Assembly (NCBI GenBank): GCA_001662655.1
Contig: KV460217.1
DNA: 64,000 nucleotides
Direction: 5' to 3' (one strand)
Source of the DNA: Pseudogymnoascus verrucosus
Lineage: Eukaryota
Under the pieces are notes generated by a model. The model was not told the origin of the DNA and did no database searches. It saw only the letters and a program-made list of their open reading frames with translations. This document shows, in pieces, positions 24,531-36,752 of this stretch (positions are counted from its first letter, which is position 1; each line of letters opens with the position of its first letter). The position numbers and the translations under genes were made by a program.

Positions 24531-24622
24531 CCACTCACCACACATCACTCACACCGAACCACCACCCATCATCCAACTAACCCACCAAATCAACGCCGTA
24601 TCTCACACCCATCCACCACGCC

Positions 24623-27600
24623 ATGGTCACCACGGCGCGTCGTCGCGACCCCCGCGACGGCCGCACCCTGCGCATAGTAGATGAGTCCTTCTGGTCGCGG
24701 GAGCGGGACATGCTATCTTTGAGGCTGTCGCTGCTGCACGACTTTCTCTCTGCGAAAGGTAATGTAAAAAATCAGCGCCTTTCATTCATTCATCACTACT
24801 ATTCACATCTATCTACATCTGCGCTCCTCTCTTTCACTTCTGGTCCCGTGACTTGCTCCCTTATTGCACCCTTGTTACACCTCCTACCACTGAGAGGGGA
24901 TATATATATAGATCAAGCTAACCCCAGACAGGTCTTACAAGCGATATCCAGCTCCACGCCGAGGAGTGCAGATATCTAGAGTATCAGATCCAGAGTATCC
25001 ACGCCTCGCTCGCTCGCACTGGTACATCCCTCCCGTCTCCCCTACCCTTCTCACCAGCTCAGTCGACAAGATCGATCACGTGACTTCCATCACCCACCCC
25101 CTTGACCATCACCAGTAACTGATACATTGATACTAACACCCCCTCCAGGCGACGACACCGAAGCCCGGGACGCCCTCGACCACCGCCTCCAATCCGAGCC
25201 CTCCACCGACCGCACCGAGCGCTTCAAAGACTGGCTCGCCAACAACCAAGAATTCAAAACCCTCATGCTCTCCCACCAGACCGAAGGCGCGCGGGATGGG
25301 GACGCAGTGGACGGCGACGGAGCAGCAGCAGTTGTGGTGGGGGGGAAGTACAAGTGCTGTGAGTTGGGGTGTAAACATTACGTTTATGGGTTTGAGACTG
25401 TGGAGGCGCTGAGACGGCATATGGGACTGCATGAGGATGCGGAGGAGGCGAGGAGGGAGGATGTGGTGAGGAGGAGGACGTCGGGGATGAGTCTTGAGGA
25501 TGTTACTTCTGGGGGACTTGGGAGTAGGGAGGGCTCGAGTGAGGGGGAGAGGATGGGGGTTAATGGACGCAAGGGCAGTGTGGTGGGGATGGGGAATGGG
25601 AATGGGTTTGGGGTGATGCCGCCAAGTCCGTTTTCGAAGAGGACGTCGTTATTGCCGACCCCGGAGGCGGAGGGGAGGAGGAGAGGGGGAGGGAGGTTGA
25701 GTTTGCCGGGGGGGCAAGGAGGGGTTGGGGGGGTGAGGACGGCGGGGCCGTGTTTGAGGTGTAAGGTTTTGAAGAAGAAGGTATGTTTTGTGATTCGAGG
25801 GGTTGGTGGGAGTGGGTGGGAGTGTGAAAAGGATGGGAGTGGGAAATGGATGAGAGTAGGATGGTTGCTGACTTGGACTTGCGTAGTGCGATTGCCAGAA
25901 CCCTTGTAAAGAGTGTCCGCAACAGGATGTCATGGCACCTGATCTGTGGAAAGCACTGGGTTGTTTCCACGGCCCGCTGACGGAGATGGTGAGGAAGTGC
26001 CTCCACGGTTCGTGCCCTTTTACACTCATCCCCCCCCCCCAAAAAAAAACTCTAAACCAACCCCACCAGGCTTCGAACAACCCTCCCACCCCTCAACCGG
26101 GCCCCCCACCACCACCGACGTCTTCTGGGCCGCCGAGCTCGACTACCTCCTAGCCTCCCACCCCGGCTTCGTCTCCCTCGACGACGAGTTCTGGGACTCG
26201 CGCCACAAGCTGTCGTCCCTCAATAGCGCGGATATCATGGATACGACGCCTGATCTGACCGATGCGGCGTATAAGCGGTTACTGCAGGAGTATGGGCCTG
26301 CAGTGGGGTTGTTGAAGACGACGGTGTTGGATAGGGCGTATTTGGGACGGACGGCTTATAATCCGTTTGCGCTGTTGAGGGTGGGGAGAGATGCTATGGA
26401 TGCTTGTGTATGTCCCCCTTTTTCCCCTTTTCCCCTTTTCACGTCACACTACCACCACCCCCCCCCCCCCCCCAAACTATAAAATACATCCCAACTAACA
26501 CACCCCCAGAACGACCCCTCAAGCTGGCACCTCTACACCCTCGCCACCACCCTCCTCCTAACCTCCATCCGCTACCGCCTCGCCCTCTCCTCTACCCCCC
26601 CCACCAACCCCCCCTCCCTCACAACCCCCCTAACAGCCTTCCTCCTCGCGTTCGACACCCGCTTCACGAACCGCAAAGAACTACCCCCCTCCGCCTGGCT
26701 CGCCGCCTTCCACAGCCTCTGTCTCTTCTCTATCACCAAGACGCTCCTGATCGACACCCCCGTCCCGCACCAATCGTCCCCTCATGACGCGGCGGCGAGA
26801 TTGGCGACCGCGCATAAAATTTTGGTGTCTGTGTTCGCGTGGTCTGCTAAGCTGTCTGCGTGGTGCCCGAAGGAGCCGCTTGAGCTCCGCGATCCGCTTC
26901 TGAGGGACTGGTCGCGCGATGCGAATCCGGCTGTGCAACCACCTATCCGTGATGCGCTGGTGGCAACGCAGAGGCTGGTTAACCGCGACGGCTGGGCAAA
27001 GAGCTGTATCCGCCACACCAAAGATTTCCTTCTCGGTCTCGGGGCGGGGAATGTAGAGGGCGGGTTCAATGGGTTCCTCGCTATGAGGTACGGTGGTGCT
27101 GAGGCGGGGTATAGAGGCGGAGATGGGTTTGCGCCGCCCGCGCAGAGGAGGAGAACGGATAGTGGTGCTGTTGCGACGGATAGTCCACCTGTTAAGTCGC
27201 CGTTGGCGGAGGATGTGGGACCGACTACTACTACGACGACGACGACGACGAGTGCCACGCCCGGACGGAGAGCGCCGTTGCCGCCGTATCCGCCTCCGGC
27301 TGCGTCGGCGGCGTGGAGGGTCGCGAGTCCGCCGAGTAGTGGGAAGAGTGAGGAGGAGAGGGAGAGGGAGTTGGCGAGTTATTATCGCAGGCCTCTTGCT
27401 GTTGGGGGTGTTGGGGAGGGAGGAGCGGGGGGAGGCGTAGTTACGGTTGCGGCGAGGATGCCATTACCCAGCGTAGCAGCGCGCGTTGGCAGTTCCGACG
27501 ACGGACGCGGCGCAGCGGGTGGTAGTCCAGCGAGCTCAGTGGATAAGCGACCCAAGAGGAGGGAGTTAAGCAAGGAGCAGCGCGAGCATGCTGCTGCGGT

Positions 27601-27820
27601 GCGTAGGCTGGGGGCGTGCGGGGAGTGCAAGGCGAGGAAGGTGAAGTGTAGTCCTAGTCATCATCGGGGGAGTCCGGGGGTGGGGGGAGGGGGGAGGAGG
27701 AGTGGGAGTCCGGGGCCGACGAGCCCGAGGACGACGGGGTCGGGGGGGAGTAGTAGTAGTCCTGGCAGGGGGGGTGGGGGGAGTGTTGGGCCGATTGTGA
27801 GGAAGAGGAAGTCTGAGTGA
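24623..27820 (+). CDS. Multi-zinc-domain transcription factor (C2H2-like + Zn2Cys6-like + C-terminal CxxC-x6-C motif)
   Basis: The first exons join in phase (AAA G|GT CTT; ACT G|GC GAC). Motifs: YKCCELGC..GF...EALRRHMGLH; CLRCKVLKKK|CDCQNPCKEC..LWKALGC; RRLGACGECKARKVKC; terminal RKRK. Confidence 0.8.
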
Positions 27821-28436
27821 GTTTTGCTTTCCGCCTTTTTTTTTTTAGGGAGCATTGAAACTAATGTGTTTTTAGGAGTCCTGCACCGGTTATGCATATG
27901 GGAATGAGCATGCTCGCGCGCCGCGCAAGTCCCGATGCTGCAGATGACGATGATGGTGTGGGCGGGGAAGTACTCGTTGTGGCTGTTGAGGAGTGAAAGA
28001 AGGCCGTGTAACAATGACACGAACCGTCGTATGGAGGAGGAGTTGGTTGCTTCACTGTTCTGCCAATTATGGCTTGGCTTTCGGCGCCGTGTGTGTTGTG
28101 TTGAGCTTACCGCTAGCGTTAGCGATGCATTATGATGATGATGATATAGATGCGTGGAAGGGGGTGTATGAGCCACGTCACGGCCACAGATGAGGTGTTA
28201 CGATACGTTTTAGCTTTATTAGCTAGGTCTTGCTATTTGCTCTATGCCTTGCGATGATGGGCTTGGGAGCGCAATTTGGGGGGGGATACAGGGCGAGGAG
28301 AGGGATAGCCAGCCAAAGCAGACCCAAAATAACGAATAAATACATTCCAAACATGACTTACCTTCCCCTAAAACCGAACAATTTAATCATAAAATCTCCC
28401 TTCTCCATGCTCCCAAAACTCGTACACCTCAACCCC

Positions 28437-29749
28437 CTAAACCAACCCCCCATAAACCCCCTCCTCAAACCTCCTAAACCCATCCAACACCCCCTTATCA
28501 CTCGTCGGCATAATCTGACTCCCCCAAAACAGCGCCACCCCCCTCACCCTATCAACACTCCAATAACAATTCGCCAACCCCGCCCACATCAGCGTCCCCT
28601 TCCTCCTCCTCCCCTCCACATCAGCTTGACACACCGCACCCCCCAACGCCTGCGTAAGTCTCGCCTCCCGCGGCAGAGACTGCGATAAGACCTCCGCGCC
28701 CTCGGCGTACACCGCGGCGTTGAAATATGGCTGTACCTCGGGGCTTAACTGCGGTTCAAACAACATCGCCATCGTCTCCGGCCTCAGCAGCGCCCCGTCA
28801 TCCCGCAAGATAGCAGCAAGGAGCTTCCCATACGCGCTCGGCGCAGCGAAAATTCCCGCGCCACCGGACTCGAATTCCGCGCCCTCGTGGTAAAAGTGGT
28901 TAGGCGCCGGCAAGAAGGTGTTGTCTGGCCCGCGGAGTGTGGCGTCGGCGAGGGATGACGCGATGGCGGGGTCGGAGGGGGAGAAGGATATGGGGGACAT
29001 GGAGAGGGGGTGCCAGATGTGGGTTTGCATGTATGAACCTAGGGAGGTGTGGGTTAGGCGCTCGAGGAGGCGGCCGAGGAGCTCGTAGGAGGAGCCGTAG
29101 GTCCATTGGGTGCTGGGTTGGGCGAGGAGGGGGTTGAGTTGGGATTCCTGGGCGGCGGGTTAGAAGGGGTGGGGAAAGAGGGAGGGGGTTAACGCAACGC
29201 ACCCATGTGAGTTTGGAGGGAACGGCGTCGCCTGCTTTTTCCTTGAAGTCGCGGATTTGCTGGATATACGGGTGGAAGAAGTTGTATCCCATGCCGCTCT
29301 GATGGGTTAGGAGCATTCGGATGGTGATTTTCTTGATGGCTTTCTCGTAGGTTGGTTCGCCCTCGTCGTTGAACTTTATGAACACGTCGGGGTTTGCGAA
29401 CTCGGGTAGCACGGAAGAGACATCTGCGTCGAGGTCAACGAGACCTTTCTCGAAGAGCTGGAGGATGGAGATGGAGGTCATAAGTTTAGTGGCGGAGGCG
29501 ATCCATATTGAGTTGTCCGGGGAGAGGGGCTTGTCAAATAGCGGAGAGGCCGGGTCTTCTGACTGAGTGCCGGCGGAGTGGGAGTATATAATTCCTTAGA
29601 AGGTCAACTTGGAACAATTTATCATTTTATAGTCAATACATGGAGATGGACATACCATCTTTAGTCACCGCGATGGCGGCGGAGCTCGGAATCACACGGT
29701 CAGGGCCGCGGGTTGCGGCTTTGTCTAACCATTGCTCGAAAGCAGACAT
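28437..29749 (-). CDS. Beta-lactamase-family (class C/LovD-like) esterase or transesterase
   Basis: SxxK motif in WIASATKLMT, plus LLTHQSGMGY, GGAGIF and WAGLAN; spliced gene starting MSAFEQWLD. Confidence 0.9.
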
Positions 29750-30440
29750 ATTGCTTAATGAGGCCATAGTTATCAGAGCTACAGGAGCACATACCTACAT
29801 GTAGTGGCATGTGTCTTCCTTATATATGGATGATACTATACCCCGCCACCAGCTACTGTCGATCCCTGCCTATTACCCACTATCACGATGATCTCGTCAT
29901 CACCACTTCTCACCTCGAGTTCCAGCTGAAGCCTACCTTTCTAGGTCCTCCTCGTCATGTTACCAGATCATGCATCCATATATCTACTTGTGGAGGAATC
30001 TGGATCTCAATCCCAGCGCCTACAGCGTCTGTGATACGTCTGTGATACGCGGATCCGCACACATTCCGTCGCAGGAAGCTTCTCCTCAGTGCCTGCCGCT
30101 AGTGCTAACGTAAGCCGCCGGCATCTGGTGTGGCTTATAGCCTACTCCAGCAAGCAGTTGAATGATCTGTAGTAGGCACTTATATAATCGTCCGTTCAGC
30201 TCCGGGTCAGGCCAATTCATAGGTTGTGCATTCGAGTTAGCGGGGTAATTCTCACTTTCAAACGCCTATCACTGCACACGGACAACCACGACGTCATGTA
30301 ATGGTTCGCTATCATTGTCATCAATAAGGGACTTTTCCCATCCGGATACCATAACTATACAGAGCAGCTTCCAGTCTCCTCGAGTACGTACAAAGTTCCG
30401 TTTCCACCCGCACAGGACTACCCGCGTCCACCCCAATTCC

Positions 30441-32008
30441 CTACAGGAACCATCTGAACTCCGGAGCCCCCGGCCCCTCTCGTAACCTCTCCGTCGCCAC
30501 CGCGCCAACCCCACCAACCGTCCTGCGGATACCCTCCTTAGAATCTCTCCTCTTATTATCCCATGCCATCCACAGACCCAGCAACACTGTGCAGACAAAC
30601 CCCAAACCACCGAATGCCGCCGTTGTGGCGAGCGCCGGGATGTATTTGGGCGCGTCTTGCTCGCGGAAGATGTTGGAGGCGACAATTCCCATGAGGTTTG
30701 CAAGCGGGACGGCGACCGAGGTAAGGAGCAGACGGCGCGAGGGATGCGGCGTGTTGTTATTGTACCAGACATCGAGGATGACCGATGGAGCCGAGGTTCC
30801 CCCTATAGTTTGTTAGCGGGGAGATTCTTAGTTAAAGGGGGAAAAAGTAGGGAAAGCATACAGGTCATCATGAAACTGGCGAAGTAAGCAACGTTCAACT
30901 TCTCCTCGACATCGATCCCAGCATAGATCACCATGCCAACAAACGTGAACATGAATCCCAGCGCAATAAATACCCATCGATTTTTCGTCAGATCACTAGC
31001 GAAACCCAGGATTAATAGCATTACAGCCCCCGACACATTGGGAGCCACGGTGTACAGGTTCGTCTTGACTGCGTCGTAGCCGAGACGCCCAATGATTTGT
31101 GGCAGAAAGAGCTGGACGGCCTGAAGTGGGACACCGAGACAGATCTCGATGACAAGGATGGCCCAGGTGGTCGGGTGTTGGAAGATGACTGCAGCATCAC
31201 GCAGGTTGAAGACTCCATCGTCGTCCTCGGACGCAGAGGAATCAAGCAGCATACGTGCCTCAGCGAGGATCTTCTCGTCGTCGTTCAGGAAGTGCGCCGT
31301 CGCGGCATTGCGCGGGAGGTAGAAATAGGCAAAGATGGAGAAGAGGACGGTGCCGGCACCTTCAATCAATGGGAGAAAGCGCCAGCTCTCCAAGACGTCG
31401 GACTTGATGCGGAAGACGCCAAAGGCGAGGAGGCCACCAAAGGCAGAGGCGATGGACTGGCCAGCGTAGAAGATGGCAAGGCGGCGGGCCAGCTCCATGC
31501 GTCTGTAGAAGGTCGTCTGGTAGTAGATGACGAGAGGGAAGAAGGCGGATTCGGCCATGCCTAGGAACCAGCGGATGGTCATGAGGCCGGCAAAGTTCTC
31601 GGCGGCAGCGACGCACATTGTGCACGTCCCGAAGACGACCATCATCGCTGGCAACACACGGTTGGGACCATACTTCTTGCCCAGAATGGCAAGGAACGGT
31701 GCCGTCAACACGTATGGGATGAAGAAAATAGACAGGACGAGACTGTATTGGTTTGTGCCTTCCATGCCAAGGGATTTCTCGAGGCCGGCAGTTTTGGCGT
31801 TGCCGAGGTTCGTCTTATCGAGGGTATTGAAGAGGTACATGACGGCGAGGGTAGGGAGGATGCGAAGATCGAATTTCCAGACAAGGCGGCGCTCGGCGGC
31901 CTTGTCAAGGACCACTGGCGGCGTCTCATCTTCAATCTCGTCGACTTTTTCGAGAGAGTGGCGGGGCGACGACGGGTCGTTGGCCTGCTTCTCTGTGTCT
32001 TGCACCAT
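30441..32008 (-). CDS. MFS transporter, anion:cation symporter (allantoate/nicotinate permease-like) family
   Basis: ERRLVWKFDLRILP, LDKTNLGNA, RWFLGMAES, FYRRMELARR, WRFLPLIEG and terminal FRWFL; one intron near 30800-30860. Confidence 0.92.
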
Positions 32009-32325
32009 GATGGTGAGGGGTAAAGAGGAGAGGAGAGAGACAGGAAATTTTACCGGCTCTTTTACAGGTAGGTAGGAAGAATTGAGGAAAAATTGATGAG
32101 AAGAGGGGGAGGGAGGAAGAGATGAAGAAAGAGATAAGAGATGCCGAGAGAGGCGGACAAACCTACTGTTATAAGCCCTCTACGAGGGTGTGTGGAGTCC
32201 ACATATCTGCTCTACTAAAAGAAGTATCGTCACATTAGTCGTTATCTTTCCTGGCCGTTGACCCGCAAAAGAATCCGATATCTGTTGTGAGAATCACCAG
32301 TCGACGACTCCGAATTTGCGGGGAA

Positions 32326-32391
32326 AGGGGTCGATCTTTCCTTATCTTAGGGTTATGGAGACAACCCTAGGATAAGGAAAGATCGACCCCT
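32326..32391. repeat. 29-bp inverted repeat (1 mismatch) with 8-nt loop
   Basis: AGGGGTCGATCTTTCCTTATCTTAGGGTT-atggagac-AACCCTAGGATAAGGAAAGATCGACCCCT. Confidence 0.9.
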
Positions 32392-33491
32392 GGACGGGTG
32401 AAATAACACGTGAGACGGCTCGTTGAAGGCTCTCGGCGACTCTCGGTGGTGCTTGATACTTTGAAGCTAACCTAAACTATTCCACCACTAAGAAAAAAAA
32501 AGGTTAATAATAAGATTTCGGTGGCAAACAATTAAATTTCATTCGTAGGGCTAGTTTGCCCAGTAGCCAAGTAAAACCTAACCTCCGGTCAATGTCTAGA
32601 CATGGCTAGGTCTTACCCCGCGTTTCGAGCTTCATTAAGCTTCCATGAAGCTGTGCATCTGCGGACTTGATAACCCGTCGACCGTCGACCACCAAATCTC
32701 ACCGCGGTCTGTGACGCCGCATCGTCATCAATCGACGCCTCCATGCGCTTATTATGTAGGATACATCAATAATGAGTTGGGATAGTCGAGGATAAGTTGA
32801 GGGTAAGCCAAGGGAAAGTTGAGGATAAATTGAAAAGGAAAAAACAAAATAGAAAAAAGAGGCTCGGAAAGAAGCCGGACAAGTCTCATAAGTTGTATGC
32901 ATTCCCCGCACTCCAATATGTACATGTCGTCACCACGGCGATACTCGTGCATCCCCATCAACCCCAAGTTAAGTCTAGAGCTATATAAGAGTCGGAAGTA
33001 TCATACAAGGTACAGTTTTCCTTTTTCCCGCGACGTCGTATTGTATATCTACAGTAGGCCAACCATGGTTGTGCCTGCTTCGACATGCCGTTATGCATCA
33101 ACTCAGACCTAGCGATAGAAATTTCTGTTTCGAAGATCTCTTTGCGCCTCGTAGGCTGGTAAGAATATCACCGGCATATTACTCGTAGGTGTCTTCCCGA
33201 TTCATTATCTTGATATTTTCCAAGAGTGATGTAAGTCGCGGCCCATCACCATATCTTGCCGTGCGGACACGTAGCAGGGACCGTCAAGAGCCCCCTGTCA
33301 TTTCAGGAGATGGTGGAAATAACACCTCTGCCGTGCGGACATGCAGCAATACCTCACTGGTGATATCCATGCATCAGTTCCTTCCTGTTCTGCGAAACTA
33401 GGATCTCAACCCCAACATTATTAGGGCGATCCCTAGATGCACCAGCGCATAACAGGCATTGAAATACGAATCCCATACCAGTTCCCCGGAG

Positions 33492-34783
33492 TTACAACTC
33501 CACCTCCTCCACCTCCATCCCACACTCCACACACGCTCTGACCGTCCTCCCCGCATCCTCCACCGTAGCTCCCCACTCATGCTCATGCCTCCCTCCGCCA
33601 ACCTTATCCCCAAACGTGCCCCCCGCTCCCCCTTCCCTCGCCGCCCGCCTATAATGCTCCGCCCTCGTCTTCCGCTTCAGTTCTGTGAGCTTCGACTTAA
33701 ACTTCTCCTCCTTGCGCTTCTTCTTATCCGCCTCACGCTTCGCAAACTCGGCGTCGAGAGCTTCTGCCGAACCCCATTTCGAGGGCCCGAGCGCATACTC
33801 CTCAACCTGGTACCGCAGGAAGAGCATCATGTCGTGCCAGTGAGATTTATGCGGGTTGGGCTTGGACAGGTGCGGGAGGAGTTCGGGATCCTTGAGTTCC
33901 GCTGCGCCTTGTTAGTTCATCATTGATCTCGGTAGTCCAAGTCCGCAGGTACCAAGGGGTATGCGAGCAACTGCCAGCAACCGCCAAGGATATCGAGGGA
34001 AAGGGGGGAACTCACGATCGGTCAGGAGATAATCATCCTTCACCTCCGTCTTGGTCAACAAGCTGTATTTCTCCGGGAACTTCTCTTTACACCTCGCGCA
34101 AACTTCCGTCCCAAACACCTCCTCCCACACCCAATCTATCTCCCAACTCCCGCATTCCCTACACTTCTTCCTCTCTCCTCCCTCCAACACACTCAGCCCC
34201 GGCTCAAACGGTCCTTCCTTCCTGCGCTGCAGCGACTTTTTCAATTGCAACCTCTCCCACTCTGCCAGCGTCATATGCGCAGGTCTCCCTCCATCCCCTC
34301 CATCACCGCCCATATTCCCCCTCCCCGCGCTTCCCACCCCTCCATCTTCCTCCGCCAGAAAACCTCCCTTCGTATCCACCACAGTGCTGAAATCATGATC
34401 TACGAACTTCCTAAACTTCCTCGCTGCCTCTATCCTCGGTTCCCCCGCTGTATCTGCGCGCGCATCGCGCGACGTCGAAGGGACGGACGAGGCGTATGCG
34501 CTGGTTGAGATAGCGGCGGCGGGGCGTTTGAGTGGGGAGGCAAGGAAGCCGGAGGGAGTTGTTGTGGTTGTTGTTGAAGGGTCTGAGCCTGCGGAGGCGG
34601 CGGCGAGACGGCGGCGGTCATAGAGAGACTTGGCTTTGAGTCTCTGTTCTTCCTGGGAGAGGGTTAGAGGGGTTATTCAGAATGGGGCGGCGGGCTTACC
34701 AGGCGGCGGGCTGCTTCTGGGGTGCGTTGGGGAGGGTTAGAGGAGGCGGGCGGAGGAGTTGAAGGGCGCGATGGGTCGGCCAT
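33492..34783 (-). CDS. RAD14: DNA repair protein Rad14/XPA
   Basis: VDTKGGFL, zinc finger CREC-x17-CARC, YSLLTKTEVKDDYLLTD, KPNPHKSHW, MMLFLRYQVE..KWGS..LDAE, and HEHEW..CVECG. Confidence 0.95.
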
Positions 34784-35263
34784 GGCGGGGTTGATATATG
34801 CGGTGTTTATGGCGTTATGTTCAGTGTTGTGAAGCTGAGAAGTTAAAGTTAAGGTTGTGGTTCGGGGTTCATGTTTCGGCGAGGCTGACGGTGGTGGCGG
34901 CACATTGACTCACGCGGCTGAGAGCGGATGCCGACCATGCCGAAGGCAACATAGTGGTAGGCAATAGGCTAACTATCAGCCTTGGGACAAGTATCATAAT
35001 ATAGTAATATAATATTTCTATATTACATTGTAAGAGCATATTGCATTATTTCACTTGATCATATGCCTGCAGTACATGTGTTTCAACTCAAGACAAGTCA
35101 TGATGATTGGCGTTAGAAAGACACTTAGTATTATCTAGTTCACAGTAATCGTTAAAGTTTTATGACATCGTACTGTACAATTGCTACTGTGAAAGCCCCT
35201 AAACCATTATGAGCTTCTCAACTTCAATGCAAGTCTATTCCCAATCCCCACGTCTACAACCCC

Positions 35264-35988
35264 CTACTCCTCCTTGGCACCACCACGGCCAGCCCTCTCA
35301 GCAGCCTCGACAGCCTTCTTGTCGCTGGCAACCTCACCACCCTGCTGAAGCGCGCTCATGAAGGATGCGGCGGCCTTGAAGGGTCTCTTGAGATCTCCCT
35401 CAGCTGGCTGTCCAAAGAGGTGGATCTTGACGAGGTTGCCCTCGAAGGCGCCCTTGAGAGGGATGATGGACTGGATCAGGAGCGGGTTGGTGTACTTCAT
35501 GTACAAGTGCATCACGGCCATCATGCCGACACCCATAAGCTGCGACTTGAACAGAGCGCGGAGTTGCTGGATATCGTAGGCGTGGACGGTCGTGGTGACG
35601 AGCTTGGGCTCCTCGGTCGATCCCATGGCGGAGGGCTCAACGTACTTGAGAGTCTTAAGGTCTGCGCGATAGGGTCAGCAAGGGTATCCTCTTGATATTG
35701 TGCTACACATATGGTATGTAGAGCATAGGACACACGCAACGTACCCTTCTTCTTGTTGATCTGCGACTGGACGTACAAGTACACCATGGCGATGATCACA
35801 TTGGATGCAACATACAGTCCACGGACAATGTTGAGGACATCTGGGTTCTCAAAATCGACCTTCTTGGAGACCTGCATCATCCCGAGGATGATGACCAGGT
35901 TGGAACTAGATGGCACGCCGTCAGCATTTACGCACGGCGCATTGAGGGGGAAAATTGGTGTGCCCTACATTTGCGGACTGATACCCAT
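35264..35988 (-). CDS. PHO88: Pho88/Snd3 ER membrane protein
   Basis: NLVIILGMMQVSKK, LKYVEP, TTTVHAYD, MHLYMKYTNPLLIQSI and DLKRPFKA; 3 exons. Confidence 0.93.
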
Positions 35989-36752
35989 GGTGACGAGTGC
36001 TACGGATGAACCGGAAGAGAGTCAAAAGATATATTTATCTGATGAAGGAGATAGTCGGCGACGGCGTAGAGGGATGCGACGGCGATGATGGGGTTGGTAA
36101 GAGCTCGGGGTTGGAATTAAGGAGTTGGAGAAGTCGAGATATGGAAATGTATCCACAGAAACGCTTCGCACCAGGTAGACGTAGAATTAACGCGGCGCAT
36201 CACGTGCTCACTCAGCCCATTGGGCCTTTTTTTCCACGGTACGCGTGTTTTTGTACTTTTGTGTTTCAAATGTCACGTGCCCCTCAGGGCAACTTGTACT
36301 TTTGTGGTTGCTTCTATAAATTGCAGCTGTCACGTGCTCAGACAAAAGGCCATCCAGTCCAGTCGAGGACAACGCAACGTCGCCTCAGGCATCAAGATCA
36401 TCACCCAAACCAAACGATCATCTCCCGTACTGGAAGCTCAACAACGCCTTGGAAGAATCTCGAACATCAGGGCGCCAACGAAACTTTTCTTTGAACGACA
36501 GATATCCACGCCCAAGACAAATTCTCTGGGCGTCGAAATACCAATTTATATCTCAACATTTCTCATTCTCTCGGCCACTATGCGCTGAGAGAAATTGGGG
36601 GCCGACGACAACCAGCTTTCCGTCCCCTGACGCACGAAGCTGTGATTTTCCGCGTTTCGCAGCTGATGATTGACGATTCGACTCGCATATAAGGTGTCTA
36701 ATAGTGTTAGCAGCTTCTTCGAAGCGCGTTTAAGGCGTAGAGCTGCAGTGTG

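Noticed and set aside
22019..24684. Many overlapping 70-195 aa His/Thr/Pro-rich ORFs
   Set aside because: Products of low-complexity CA-rich DNA lacking stops; no domain or consistent splice structure.
28437..29749. Beta-lactamase as a bacterial resistance gene or contamination
   Set aside because: It has spliceosomal introns and belongs to the widespread fungal esterase/LovD-like group.
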